DNA of 59,977 nucleotides from Gammaproteobacteria bacterium (GTDB taxonomy: Bacteria; Pseudomonadota; Gammaproteobacteria; SZUA-229): positions 1 to 59,977 of the forward strand of contig JBLYYN010000146.1 in assembly GCA_048550535.1 (NCBI GenBank). Reading direction: 5' to 3'. Position numbers and translations under genes: made by a program. The notes under the pieces were generated by a model. It searched no databases. It saw only the letters and a list, made by a program, of their open reading frames with translations, and was not told the origin of the DNA. Below are positions 27,753 through 36,941 of the stretch, one piece after another (position 1 is the stretch's first letter; the number at the start of each line of letters is the position of its first letter).

Positions 27753-28400
27753 TTAATTCAGCAGACCCTCCAGTCGGTCCAGATCATTGATGACCCGCCA
27801 GGAGCCACCGCCGCTTTCCACACGTTGCGTCCAGGCTTCCATCCGTTTCTGGTACTCGCGGGGATCGACGTTATCCGAGCTTAATTTGGTCACGTTCAGA
27901 GCGACTACCTTGACGCCGTCAAAAGCAATTGGGAAATCACGTATATGACCTTTTTTGATCTCTTCTTTCAGATCGGAAAAGATCAGGATATAGCGCGAGC
28001 CGGCACCGGTTTCATTGAGGTATTCAATGGCCTGCAACATACCCCCGGTGATATCGGTGTAGGAACTGCCTTTCAGGTTTTTCGCAAACTTGTCGATGGA
28101 TGCCATAAATGCCCGCTTCTGAGAGTTGGCCATGGATGGGCGAACATCAAAGGTCACTTTAGCCACTATGTCTTTCTCACTAAAGCTGGCGCTATCGATG
28201 CGTGCCAGCGCCAGTGAATCACCAGGATTCAAGATACCCAGTAAATATTTAAGGATACCCTGGGCCTTATTAATTTGTTTGGTATATGTGCCTGAAGTAT
28301 CCAGCAGCATATATACCGCTGTGTTCGGATTCTTGGGCTCCGAGCAGGATGTCAACAGCAGGACCATAAACAGTGTGATACCTAATGATACTTTCTTCAT
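27753..28400 (-). CDS. Small vWA-fold lipoprotein with complete MIDAS
   Basis: 215 aa. Canonical lipobox LLLTSC. MIDAS-like residues MLLDTSGT, YTDITGG and ILIFSDL. Confidence 0.7.
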   Translation of the reverse strand: MKKVSLGITLFMVLLLTSCSEPKNPNTAVYMLLDTSGTYTKQINKAQGILKYLLGILNPGDSLALARIDSASFSEKDIVAKVTFDVRPSMANSQKRAFMASIDKFAKNLKGSSYTDITGGMLQAIEYLNETGAGSRYILIFSDLKEEIKKGHIRDFPIAFDGVKVVALNVTKLSSDNVDPREYQKRMEAWTQRVESGGGSWRVINDLDRLEGLLN

Positions 28401-28444
28401 TATTTACTCCATTACCTGTATTTATTATATGTAACTACTATAAG

Positions 28445-29845
28445 CTAATTATTTTTGCCCTTAACCATCTGCTCGATACGTAATGGCAGGAAGATGACCA
28501 GATCATACAAGGTGACCAGGAACTTACCACCACCAACCAACAAATTGCCCAGCAGACGTATACCCAGGCTGGTCATGCGTAGCGACCAGGCCAGCGCAAT
28601 ACCGAACACGGTTCTGCCTGAATGAATAAACGATTCCAGGGGAATCGCGACAAAGGTCAGTGCGAAGGGCAGGATAAAGCCCATGACCATCTGACCCACG
28701 GAGGGGATCCAGCGAAATTCCGGTTCTTCAACCTCGACACCGGACAATACCTGAGTCAATGCCTCATGGTCAGCGGCCAGCAGGTCACGCATATAAGCCA
28801 GTGAGGATTCGATGGCGGCAAATACAAACAGAAATATAAAGGTCGATATGACAATAGCTTTGCGCTTTTTATCGTCCAGGGCATTAATCACCGGGAACAG
28901 ACGAGTCACCCCCAAAGATTCCATCAAAAACAGCCCCAGTATGACCTCGATGGCGATGATAAACATGGCAGCCACATCAGACGCTTTTATTGATGTACCT
29001 GATACATAACTGCCCCCACCCACCATTTCTGACATGGGCAGTGCTACCAAGTGATAGTTAACATACATACCGATGGTGGCAATCACCAGCACCAGACCGG
29101 AAATGAAGAACTGGGTCAGCGATGAGGATGACAGCATGCGTTCGGCATAATCCGTCTTGGCCAGAATACCTTCATATTGTTTCATATGTGAATCAATCAC
29201 ATTGGAACGGTTTTCCAGACCGGTGATTTTTTTCTCAACACTTTCCAGGGTCTTATTCAATGAGCGCCAGTAAGGCATCATTTTTTTCAGTAATCCGTGT
29301 CGTTCTTTATTGGCCTTACGGTATTCAGCCACATTTTTATCCATGGCTTTTTTCAATGTGATGTGAATATCATTAAGGATTTTGGCCACCACCGGAGAAC
29401 CTTCGACAGGAATCTGGGCCACGGTTTCAATAGCCTTTAGCCATTCCGGTGGTTTTGGAGGTACTTCACCGGAGTGCACATATTCTTCGTTGATTCGGGT
29501 AATCTGCATATTGAGGTCACGCTGCAGAGTCGGGTAACCGCTGAGATCACGGTTAATAATGGCCTCTACACGTTGAAATTCACGTTCGATATAGCGCTCA
29601 GTCTGCTCACGTCCATGGGCCAGAAGCACTTCTCGGTTTCTGAGTATGAGTTTTTGCTCTCCCTTCAACACCGAATACGCCATAATCTTCAATGCATTGC
29701 GCAGACTATGGGTCGCCACCAGAATCATCTGATGTGCGGGATTGCGGGCGATATACATTAATACAACCAGTATCACCAGCCAGATAAAAATTGATATTGC
29801 GGGCTGACCAGGAACCAGGGAAGTCCAGAATGTTGCAGACTCCAT
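28445..29845 (-). CDS. Uncharacterised multi-pass membrane protein with long coiled-coil insert
   Basis: 466 aa from ATG 29845, which is preceded by GGAGG at a 5-nt spacing. The longer ORF starts at TTG 29857. It has one N-terminal TM segment, about 230 charged helical residues, then 5-6 hydrophobic segments. No family recognised. Confidence 0.7.
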   Translation of the reverse strand: MESATFWTSLVPGQPAISIFIWLVILVVLMYIARNPAHQMILVATHSLRNALKIMAYSVLKGEQKLILRNREVLLAHGREQTERYIEREFQRVEAIINRDLSGYPTLQRDLNMQITRINEEYVHSGEVPPKPPEWLKAIETVAQIPVEGSPVVAKILNDIHITLKKAMDKNVAEYRKANKERHGLLKKMMPYWRSLNKTLESVEKKITGLENRSNVIDSHMKQYEGILAKTDYAERMLSSSSLTQFFISGLVLVIATIGMYVNYHLVALPMSEMVGGGSYVSGTSIKASDVAAMFIIAIEVILGLFLMESLGVTRLFPVINALDDKKRKAIVISTFIFLFVFAAIESSLAYMRDLLAADHEALTQVLSGVEVEEPEFRWIPSVGQMVMGFILPFALTFVAIPLESFIHSGRTVFGIALAWSLRMTSLGIRLLGNLLVGGGKFLVTLYDLVIFLPLRIEQMVKGKNN

Positions 29846-30573
29846 GCACGCCTCCAAATTTTTTATATTATTGTAGTGGGCTAATTGTAGTCAGTGTGGG
29901 AGCTGTTTTTTGAGATCCAGTGCATACTACCGAGGAATCGATAAATACGAAATCCACTAGAACTGATTCAAAAAAGTAACGAAAACGTTCTCAGCTGCTG
30001 AAAACAATACTATTTTATTATCAATATGTTACAGATCCATAAGCTGAAGCATATTGGTTCAGATTATAGTCTAGAATAGGATATTAACAGGGCAATTAAA
30101 AAAACATCAACACATGTTTGACACCGCTGAACTTAATCCAGGCATAAACAGGCTATCCTCTACTGAAGCGGAACTCGGCCTGGGTAACCATTTACTCAGA
30201 GCCCAGCAACGAATTCTGGCTGCGGCTATCCCTGTACTCATCCTGTTTTTGAATTTCAAAGGCTCTGATCCTGGTGGTCAGATAAAGCGCCTGAATCAAT
30301 GGCTGACCCTGTCCTCGATACGCAGCCGTGCATTCTGTGCTGTGAGCAATTGCGTCGATCAGAAAAACACCAGCAAACTTCCTGTAAACATTATAAGATC
30401 ATCGATAAAGACTGGTTTAACATAGCACATTGGGTGATTTGCCGCACCAGAACAGAGCAATATCCCTGATATCGAATCAGCGGCAATGATTAAAAGTTTG
30501 GCCAACTACCGGTTCTGAAAATTAGATGTAAAGACCTGAGACAGGCATTGTCATAATTAATTAATCAATAAAT

Positions 30574-32691
30574 ATGTCACACACTATGATTACCAAAACA
30601 AAGAATAGCCCGACACAGATGCCCGAAATAGACCTTAAACAACCGGAATATTACATCAACCGCCAGCTCAGCCAGCTGGAGTTCAATTACCGGGTACTGC
30701 ACCAGGCCTATAATGAAAACGTCCCGCTACTGGAACGGCTGCGTTTTTTATGTATTTTCAGTACTAATATGGATGAGTTTTTTGAAATTCGTGTAGCTGG
30801 CTTAAAACAGAAACTGGAACTGGGTGCACTGCAGGACGAACCTGACAATAAATCACACCAGGAAATCCTCGATAAAATCAGCAACCGTGCTCATGATCTG
30901 GTGACTCAACAGTATGAGCTACTGAACCTCCTGCTGGATACAGAACTACCCAACAAAAACATACGCTTTATTCGACGTACCGAGTGGACTAATTGCATGG
31001 ATGCCTGGTTGCGGGATTATTTTGAAAATGAACTGAATCCCATCATTAGCCCATTTGCCCTGGATCCAGCCCATCCATTCCCGAAAATTCTCAACAAAAG
31101 CCTGCACTTCATCGTATCCCTGAAAGGCAAAGACGCCTTTGGTCGCAGCAGTGGCCTGGCCATAGTTCAGGTACCCCGGGCACTGCCACGAATTATCCAG
31201 CTACCCCCTGACGAATGTGAATGTGGTCCAAATGACTTTGTATTCCTTTCATCAGTAGTGCATGCCTATGCCGAAGACCTTTTTCCAGGCATGAAAGTCA
31301 CCGGCTGTTACCAGTTCCGGGTCACCCGCAACAGTGACCTGTATGTAGACGAAGAAGAAATCGATGACCTGCTGCGGGCGGTGGAAGGCGAACTGGGCTC
31401 TCGGCGGTATGGTGATGCGGTTCGACTGGAGGTAGCCCATGACTGCACCGACGACGTATGTAAGTATTTACTGGATAAATTCGAACTGAAGCAGGATGAC
31501 CTGTATCAGGTTAACGGGCCAGTTAACGTTAACCGGCTGAATGAAGTCTACGACTTGATTAATCGCCCTGATTTGATTTTCAAACCCTTTGTACCTGCCT
31601 TGCCGATCCAGCTGGCGCCTACCTCGGACATTTTCGAAACTATCCGCAAACAGGATGTGTTACTGCATCACCCCTATGAGTCTTTCGCACCGGTGGTTGA
31701 ATTTGTGCGTCAGGCTGCGGCCGATCCCAATGTACTGGCCATTAAGCAGACCCTGTATCGAACCGGCCCCACTTCAGCCATCGTTCGTGCCCTGGTCAGT
31801 GCCGCCCGTGCCGGTAAGGAAGTCACGGTCATTATCGAATTACGCGCACGATTTGATGAGGAAGCCAATATTACTCTGGCAACCCAGCTGCAGGAAGCCG
31901 GCGCCCATGTACTGTATGGTGTGGTCGGCTATAAAACCCATGCCAAAATGCTGGTAGTGATTCGACGCGAATCACAGAAACTTCGCTATTATGCCCACAT
32001 TGGCACGGGTAATTATCATTCCCGTACTGCTCGTTTGTATACCGACTATGGCATGTTCACCAGCAACAAGAAAATATGTGAGGATTTGAATCGGGTTTTC
32101 CAGCAACTTACCAGCATGGGTCGAACCCGCCAGCATAATAAAATTTTGCAATCACCCTTTACCTTACAGGAAGCACTGTTACACAAAATTGAACGGGAAA
32201 TGAAACACGCTCAACAGAACCACAGCGGACGCATTATTATTAAACTTAATTCCCTGGTGGATGTGGCCATGATTAAGGCACTGTATGCGGCTTCTATAGC
32301 CGGGGTAGAAATTGACCTGATCATTCGAGGCATGTGTTCACTGCGTCCGGGCATCGAAGGCGTCTCGGACAATATTCGGGTACGCTCAGTCATTGGCCGA
32401 TTTCTGGAACACGACCGGGTGATTTATTTTGCCAATAATGGCCAGCCTGAAGTCTTTTTATCCAGTGCCGACTGGATGGAGCGCAACCTTTATCGTCGGG
32501 TTGAAATTTGTGTGCCGGTTGAAAACCAGGCCCTGCAGGAAAGAATTATCACAGAACTCGAATGCTACCTGGCTGACACATCCCAGTCCTGGTTGCTCAA
32601 CAACGATGGCAGCTATACTGCACCCGATCCGGTGGCTGAACCCTATGCGGCGCAACAACAATTACTCGAACAACTGGCTGAAAGCAGTTAA
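30574..32691 (+). CDS. ppk: Polyphosphate kinase 1
   Basis: 705 aa. YINRQLSQLEFNYRVL, FLCIFSTNMDEFFEIRVAGL and the phosphohistidine region GYKTHAKMLVVIR. Two PLD-like C-terminal domains are present. Confidence 0.95.
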   Translation: MSHTMITKTKNSPTQMPEIDLKQPEYYINRQLSQLEFNYRVLHQAYNENVPLLERLRFLCIFSTNMDEFFEIRVAGLKQKLELGALQDEPDNKSHQEILDKISNRAHDLVTQQYELLNLLLDTELPNKNIRFIRRTEWTNCMDAWLRDYFENELNPIISPFALDPAHPFPKILNKSLHFIVSLKGKDAFGRSSGLAIVQVPRALPRIIQLPPDECECGPNDFVFLSSVVHAYAEDLFPGMKVTGCYQFRVTRNSDLYVDEEEIDDLLRAVEGELGSRRYGDAVRLEVAHDCTDDVCKYLLDKFELKQDDLYQVNGPVNVNRLNEVYDLINRPDLIFKPFVPALPIQLAPTSDIFETIRKQDVLLHHPYESFAPVVEFVRQAAADPNVLAIKQTLYRTGPTSAIVRALVSAARAGKEVTVIIELRARFDEEANITLATQLQEAGAHVLYGVVGYKTHAKMLVVIRRESQKLRYYAHIGTGNYHSRTARLYTDYGMFTSNKKICEDLNRVFQQLTSMGRTRQHNKILQSPFTLQEALLHKIEREMKHAQQNHSGRIIIKLNSLVDVAMIKALYAASIAGVEIDLIIRGMCSLRPGIEGVSDNIRVRSVIGRFLEHDRVIYFANNGQPEVFLSSADWMERNLYRRVEICVPVENQALQERIITELECYLADTSQSWLLNNDGSYTAPDPVAEPYAAQQQLLEQLAESS

Positions 32692-34187
32692 TCAGTGGTT
32701 CCCTGGGGCGGCTTCACCCGTAATTGTATATTCTGCACCTGCAGGCATTCCGCTTCCAGTTGCAGGTCATTCAGGGTGAGCGGATGTTCGCTCAACCATC
32801 CCTCGGGCAAAGCGACCACCAGCTCTGTCCCGGTGATGTTCAGTTCAATCGACGGTAGCTCAACCGCCACTCGACTGCGATGAAAAATAATAGCCAGTCT
32901 TAACAACACCGTCAGTTTCAATATCAACTGTCGCCCTTCTGGCCTTAGTTTTTCAAATACCCGCTCATTGAGCTTGCCTTTCTGCGCGACCACCAGATGG
33001 GCCAGTCGTCGTTGCTCCTGTTGCGAAAATCCCGCCAGGTCGCTGTTCTCAATAATATAGCCACCATGTCTGTGATAATCAGAAGCAGAGATATCATAAC
33101 CAATTTCATGCAACTCACAGGCCCAGCGTAATAAGCGTTCCGCCTCAGACGACTGTAAACCCCAAGTTCGCTTAAGCTGCTGCAGAAAGCCACAGGCAGT
33201 CGCTTCTATGCGTTGGGCATGATCAATATCCGCATGAAAGCGTAAGGCCAGATTTTTCGCGGTTTGATTACGAATATCCTGAGCATGGCGACGTCCCAGC
33301 ATGTCATACAGCAAACCTTCACGTACCGCGCCTTCGGACACCTGCATATGGCTGATATTGAGTGCCTCAAACACGCCCATCAACACAATGGCACCACCGG
33401 CAAACACAGGTACTCGTCTTTCCGTCAAACCGGAAAATTTAACTTTACCGACCCGTTTAAATGTTTTTAGCTGTTTCACCAGCTCGGACAAAGCCTCTAT
33501 GCCGATGCCATCTTCCTGACTCAAACCCGATTCACGAATCACGTTGGCAACAGAGCGTATGCTGCCCGAAGCTCCGATCACCACATCCCAGCCCTGTCGC
33601 AGGAAACCATAGCGTATAGCTTTCAGTTCCTGCAGCACCCTGACTCGAGCTCGCTCAACACGCTCTTCGGTGATCACACCATCGGCAAAAAACCGTTGCG
33701 TCATACTGACACAGCCCATTTCCAGACTCTTCATCAGCATGGGCTGAAAACCTTCACCAATAATCAGTTCGGTACTGCCGCCACCAATGTCAATCACCAG
33801 CTTACGCTGCTGGTCCGGTTCCAGGCTGTGGGCCACCCCCTGGTATATGAGACGAGCTTCTTCAATGCCAGAAATGATTTCGATGGTATGACCCAGTTTT
33901 TCTTCCGCTTCCAGTAAAAACTGTTCCGCCTGCTGCGCTCTTCGCAGGGTATTGGTGCCAACGGCACTGACATTCTCTGCGGGTATTTCACGTATTCGCT
34001 GGCCAAACCGCTGCAGCGAATCCAGCGCCCTCTGAGCCACGGCCGGATGCAGATTATTGTCACCATCCAGGCCTTCAGCCAGACGCACCATGTCCTTGAT
34101 TCGATCCAGAATCACCAGTTGCCCCTGGCGCTCTTCTGCCACCACCATGTGAAAACTGTTAGACCCCAGGTCAATGGCGGCAATCAT
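32688..34187 (-). CDS. ppx: Exopolyphosphatase (Ppx/GppA family)
   Basis: 499 aa. MIAAIDLGSNSFHMVVA, IDIGGGSTE and an HD-like C-terminal region. It is convergent with ppk and the two stop codons overlap. Confidence 0.93.
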   Translation of the reverse strand: MIAAIDLGSNSFHMVVAEERQGQLVILDRIKDMVRLAEGLDGDNNLHPAVAQRALDSLQRFGQRIREIPAENVSAVGTNTLRRAQQAEQFLLEAEEKLGHTIEIISGIEEARLIYQGVAHSLEPDQQRKLVIDIGGGSTELIIGEGFQPMLMKSLEMGCVSMTQRFFADGVITEERVERARVRVLQELKAIRYGFLRQGWDVVIGASGSIRSVANVIRESGLSQEDGIGIEALSELVKQLKTFKRVGKVKFSGLTERRVPVFAGGAIVLMGVFEALNISHMQVSEGAVREGLLYDMLGRRHAQDIRNQTAKNLALRFHADIDHAQRIEATACGFLQQLKRTWGLQSSEAERLLRWACELHEIGYDISASDYHRHGGYIIENSDLAGFSQQEQRRLAHLVVAQKGKLNERVFEKLRPEGRQLILKLTVLLRLAIIFHRSRVAVELPSIELNITGTELVVALPEGWLSEHPLTLNDLQLEAECLQVQNIQLRVKPPQGTTD

Positions 34188-34410
34188 GCCAGTGTTTAAA
34201 GATTTAGTTGAAATAGCCCGGCCCTCGATGATGCTCGTTTAATAGTGATGATTGTGACTGATTCAATACGCAATTCAAGCGCTTAGTCGAACTTTGTCAT
34301 CGAGCCACTGGCTAATTCATCTCTAAACCGTATTCTTGTAAGTAAGAAGTATCATAGAATGGCCCAAAAGTTGCTAGAGTCAGAAAAACAAAACGACCCT
34401 GGAACATTAG

Positions 34411-34655
34411 TATGTTTTCCATGCCTATGCCCAGGCTGCGCAGGCTCTGCTCCTCGGTGAGCTACACCTGTCTAATTTACAGCAACAACCAGGGCTGGAG
34501 TTGATCAGAATTGAAGGCAGAAAAGCGGTGCTGACTGATACCGGCAACGCCCTGCTGCGACAGTCCACGCATTTGCTGAATGATGCCCAACGACTCGAAC
34601 AGCTGACCCGGATCCTGGAGCAGGCGACTCAAGCAGCAATCGGGATAAAATTATG
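34411..34655 (+). pseudogene. Remnant of a LysR-family regulator (HTH region only)
   Basis: The frame reads ...AQAAQALLLGELHLSNLQQQPGLELIRIEGRKAVLTDTGNALLRQSTHLLNDAQRLEQL. This resembles the LysR pattern AA..L.lSQ..vS.qi..LE..LG..Lf.R.gr...LT..G..L but has gaps. There is no start codon in frame and no effector-binding domain follows. Confidence 0.4.
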
Positions 34656-34873
34656 ACAGCCATCTTTATCTGCTTATGATTAAGGCGGAATCTGCGGGCC
34701 GCCTTCCCAGGCACTTTGCCAGCTATTAATTGAATCATCCAACAGCTAAATACTCTAATTAATTTGAAACTAAAAAATATTTTATTGTTATTTCGGCACA
34801 AATATTCTTATGCTGGTGGCTGATAAAACCTGTCTAATAACATCACAATAAACAGGTTAATCTCATTCAATTC

Positions 34874-34888
34874 TGGCTTGGAACTTGC
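34874..34888 (+). promoter_or_regulatory. Candidate sigma-54 (-24/-12) promoter for the prkA-yeaH-spoVR operon
   Basis: TGGCTTGGAACTTGC fits TGGCAC-N5-TTGC with exact GG/GC spacing. It lies 113 nt upstream of the prkA ATG. Confidence 0.4.
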
Positions 34889-35000
34889 CTTAATATTTAT
34901 TAGCCACTGACAAATAAATTATTTTATGGAAAATTTTTAAAGTCAGGTGGTCTATAGTTTTATATAAGCCGCTTCCCTCGAATACAGTGGAGTAATGTAA

Positions 35001-36923
35001 ATGACTATTTTTGATCACTACACGTCTAAATTCGAAGAGACCATGGAAGAAGAATTGACTCTTCAGGAATATCTCGATTTATGCAAGCAAGATCCACTAA
35101 CCTATGCCAGCCCTGCCGAACGCATGCTTGCTGCCATAGGTGAACCTGAAATGATTGACACTCATCATGACCCACGCTTAAGCCGTATCTTTTCCAACAA
35201 AATGATAAAAATATACCCGGCATTCCGTGAATTTTATGGCATGGAAGATGTCATTGAACAAATTGTGTCTTTTTTCAAACACGCCGCACAGGGTCTGGAA
35301 GAAAAGAAACAGATCCTGTATTTACTCGGCCCGGTGGGTGGCGGAAAATCATCACTGGCTGAGATGCTAAAATCTCTGATGGAAAAAATTCCATTTTACG
35401 CCATCAAGGATTCACCGGTTTTTGAATCCCCCCTGTCACTGTTCAACCCGGTTGAAGACAGTGAAATTCTGGAATCTGAATACGGCATACCCCGGCGCTA
35501 TCTGAACAGTATCATGTCACCCTGGGCCACCAAGCGCCTGCATGAATACAATGGTGACATCAGCAAGTTCAAGGTCATCCGATTACACCCATCCATACTG
35601 CGGCAGATCGCTATCACCAAAACTGAACCCGGTGATGAAAATAATCAGGACATTTCATCGCTGGTAGGCAAGGTGGACATACGTATGCTGGAAAAATATT
35701 CCCAGGACGATCCCGATGCCTATAGTTATTCGGGCGGTTTATGCCGTGCCAATCAGGGCATGCTGGAATTCGTCGAGATGTTTAAAGCCCCCATTAAAGT
35801 ATTGCACCCCCTGCTTACAGCTACCCAGGAAGGCAATTATAAAGGCACCGAAGGTTTTCCTGCGATCCCCTTTGATGGCATTATTCTGGCGCACTCCAAT
35901 GAATCGGAATGGCAGGCATTCAAAAACAACAAAAACAACGAGGCCTTCCTCGATCGCATATATATTGTAAAAGTCCCCTACTGCCTGCGAGTATCCGAAG
36001 AATTAAAAATTTATGAAAAACTACTGATCAATAGCTCATTGCATGATGCACCCTGTGCCCCTGGCACACTGGAAATGATGGCCCAGTTCGCCATCCTGTC
36101 TCGCCTGAAAGAGCCGGACAATTCCAATATATTTTCAAAAATGCGAGTTTATGATGGTGAAAACCTGAAGGACACAGACCCTCACGCGAAATCCTATCAG
36201 GAATACAGAGACTATGCGGGTATAGATGAAGGCATGACCGGTTTATCCACTCGTTTTGCCTTCAAGATTTTGTCCAAGGTCTTCAACTTTGATCACTCTG
36301 AAGTCGCGGCCAACCCGGTGCATCTGTTTTACGTCATTGAACAGCAAATCGAACGAGAACAGTTTCCTTCAGAAACCGAAGAACAATACCTGTCCTACCT
36401 GAAAGGTTACCTGACCCAGAACTATATCGAGTTTATCGGCAAGGAAATACAGACCGCTTATTTGCAATCCTATTCGGAATACGGGCAGAATATTTTTGAT
36501 CGCTATGTTACCTATGCCGACTACTGGATACAGGATACCGATTTTCGTGATCAAGAAACCGGTGAGATGTTCAATCGTGAATCACTAAACGAGGAGCTGG
36601 AAAAAATAGAAAAGCCTGCCGGAATCAGTAATCCCAAGGATTTCAGAAACGAAATTGTTAACTTTGTACTCCGTGCCAGAGCCAGTAACAAGGGCAAGAA
36701 CCCAGACTGGACCAGCTATGAAAAACTGCGTACGGTGATCGAAAAGAAAATGTTCTCTAATACCGAGGATTTATTACCGGTCATTTCTTTTAATGCAAAA
36801 GCCTCACCGGATGACCAGAGAAAACACGAAGACTTTGTCGATCGCATGGTGGATAAAGGCTATACCGAAAAACAGGTTCGTTTACTCAGCGAATGGTATC
36901 TTCGAGTTCGCAAATCCTCCTGA
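35001..36923 (+). CDS. yeaG: PrkA/YeaG family serine protein kinase (AAA-type P-loop)
   Basis: 640 aa. MTIFDHY..., TLQEYLDLCKQDPLTYASPAERML and the P-loop LLGPVGGGKSSLAE closely resemble E. coli YeaG. Confidence 0.95.
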   Translation: MTIFDHYTSKFEETMEEELTLQEYLDLCKQDPLTYASPAERMLAAIGEPEMIDTHHDPRLSRIFSNKMIKIYPAFREFYGMEDVIEQIVSFFKHAAQGLEEKKQILYLLGPVGGGKSSLAEMLKSLMEKIPFYAIKDSPVFESPLSLFNPVEDSEILESEYGIPRRYLNSIMSPWATKRLHEYNGDISKFKVIRLHPSILRQIAITKTEPGDENNQDISSLVGKVDIRMLEKYSQDDPDAYSYSGGLCRANQGMLEFVEMFKAPIKVLHPLLTATQEGNYKGTEGFPAIPFDGIILAHSNESEWQAFKNNKNNEAFLDRIYIVKVPYCLRVSEELKIYEKLLINSSLHDAPCAPGTLEMMAQFAILSRLKEPDNSNIFSKMRVYDGENLKDTDPHAKSYQEYRDYAGIDEGMTGLSTRFAFKILSKVFNFDHSEVAANPVHLFYVIEQQIEREQFPSETEEQYLSYLKGYLTQNYIEFIGKEIQTAYLQSYSEYGQNIFDRYVTYADYWIQDTDFRDQETGEMFNRESLNEELEKIEKPAGISNPKDFRNEIVNFVLRARASNKGKNPDWTSYEKLRTVIEKKMFSNTEDLLPVISFNAKASPDDQRKHEDFVDRMVDKGYTEKQVRLLSEWYLRVRKSS

Positions 36924-36941
36924 TGCACGGAGCAACATTAT

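Noticed and set aside
30114-30425. 103-aa ORF in the ppk upstream gap
   Set aside because: It has no recognisable motif and no ribosome-binding site, and its composition is odd. I kept it only as part of the long-intergenic finding.
30537-30566. Possible Pho box upstream of ppk
   Set aside because: Only one half-site (TTGTCATAAT) resembles CTGTCATA(A/T)A. The second 11-bp repeat is not present.
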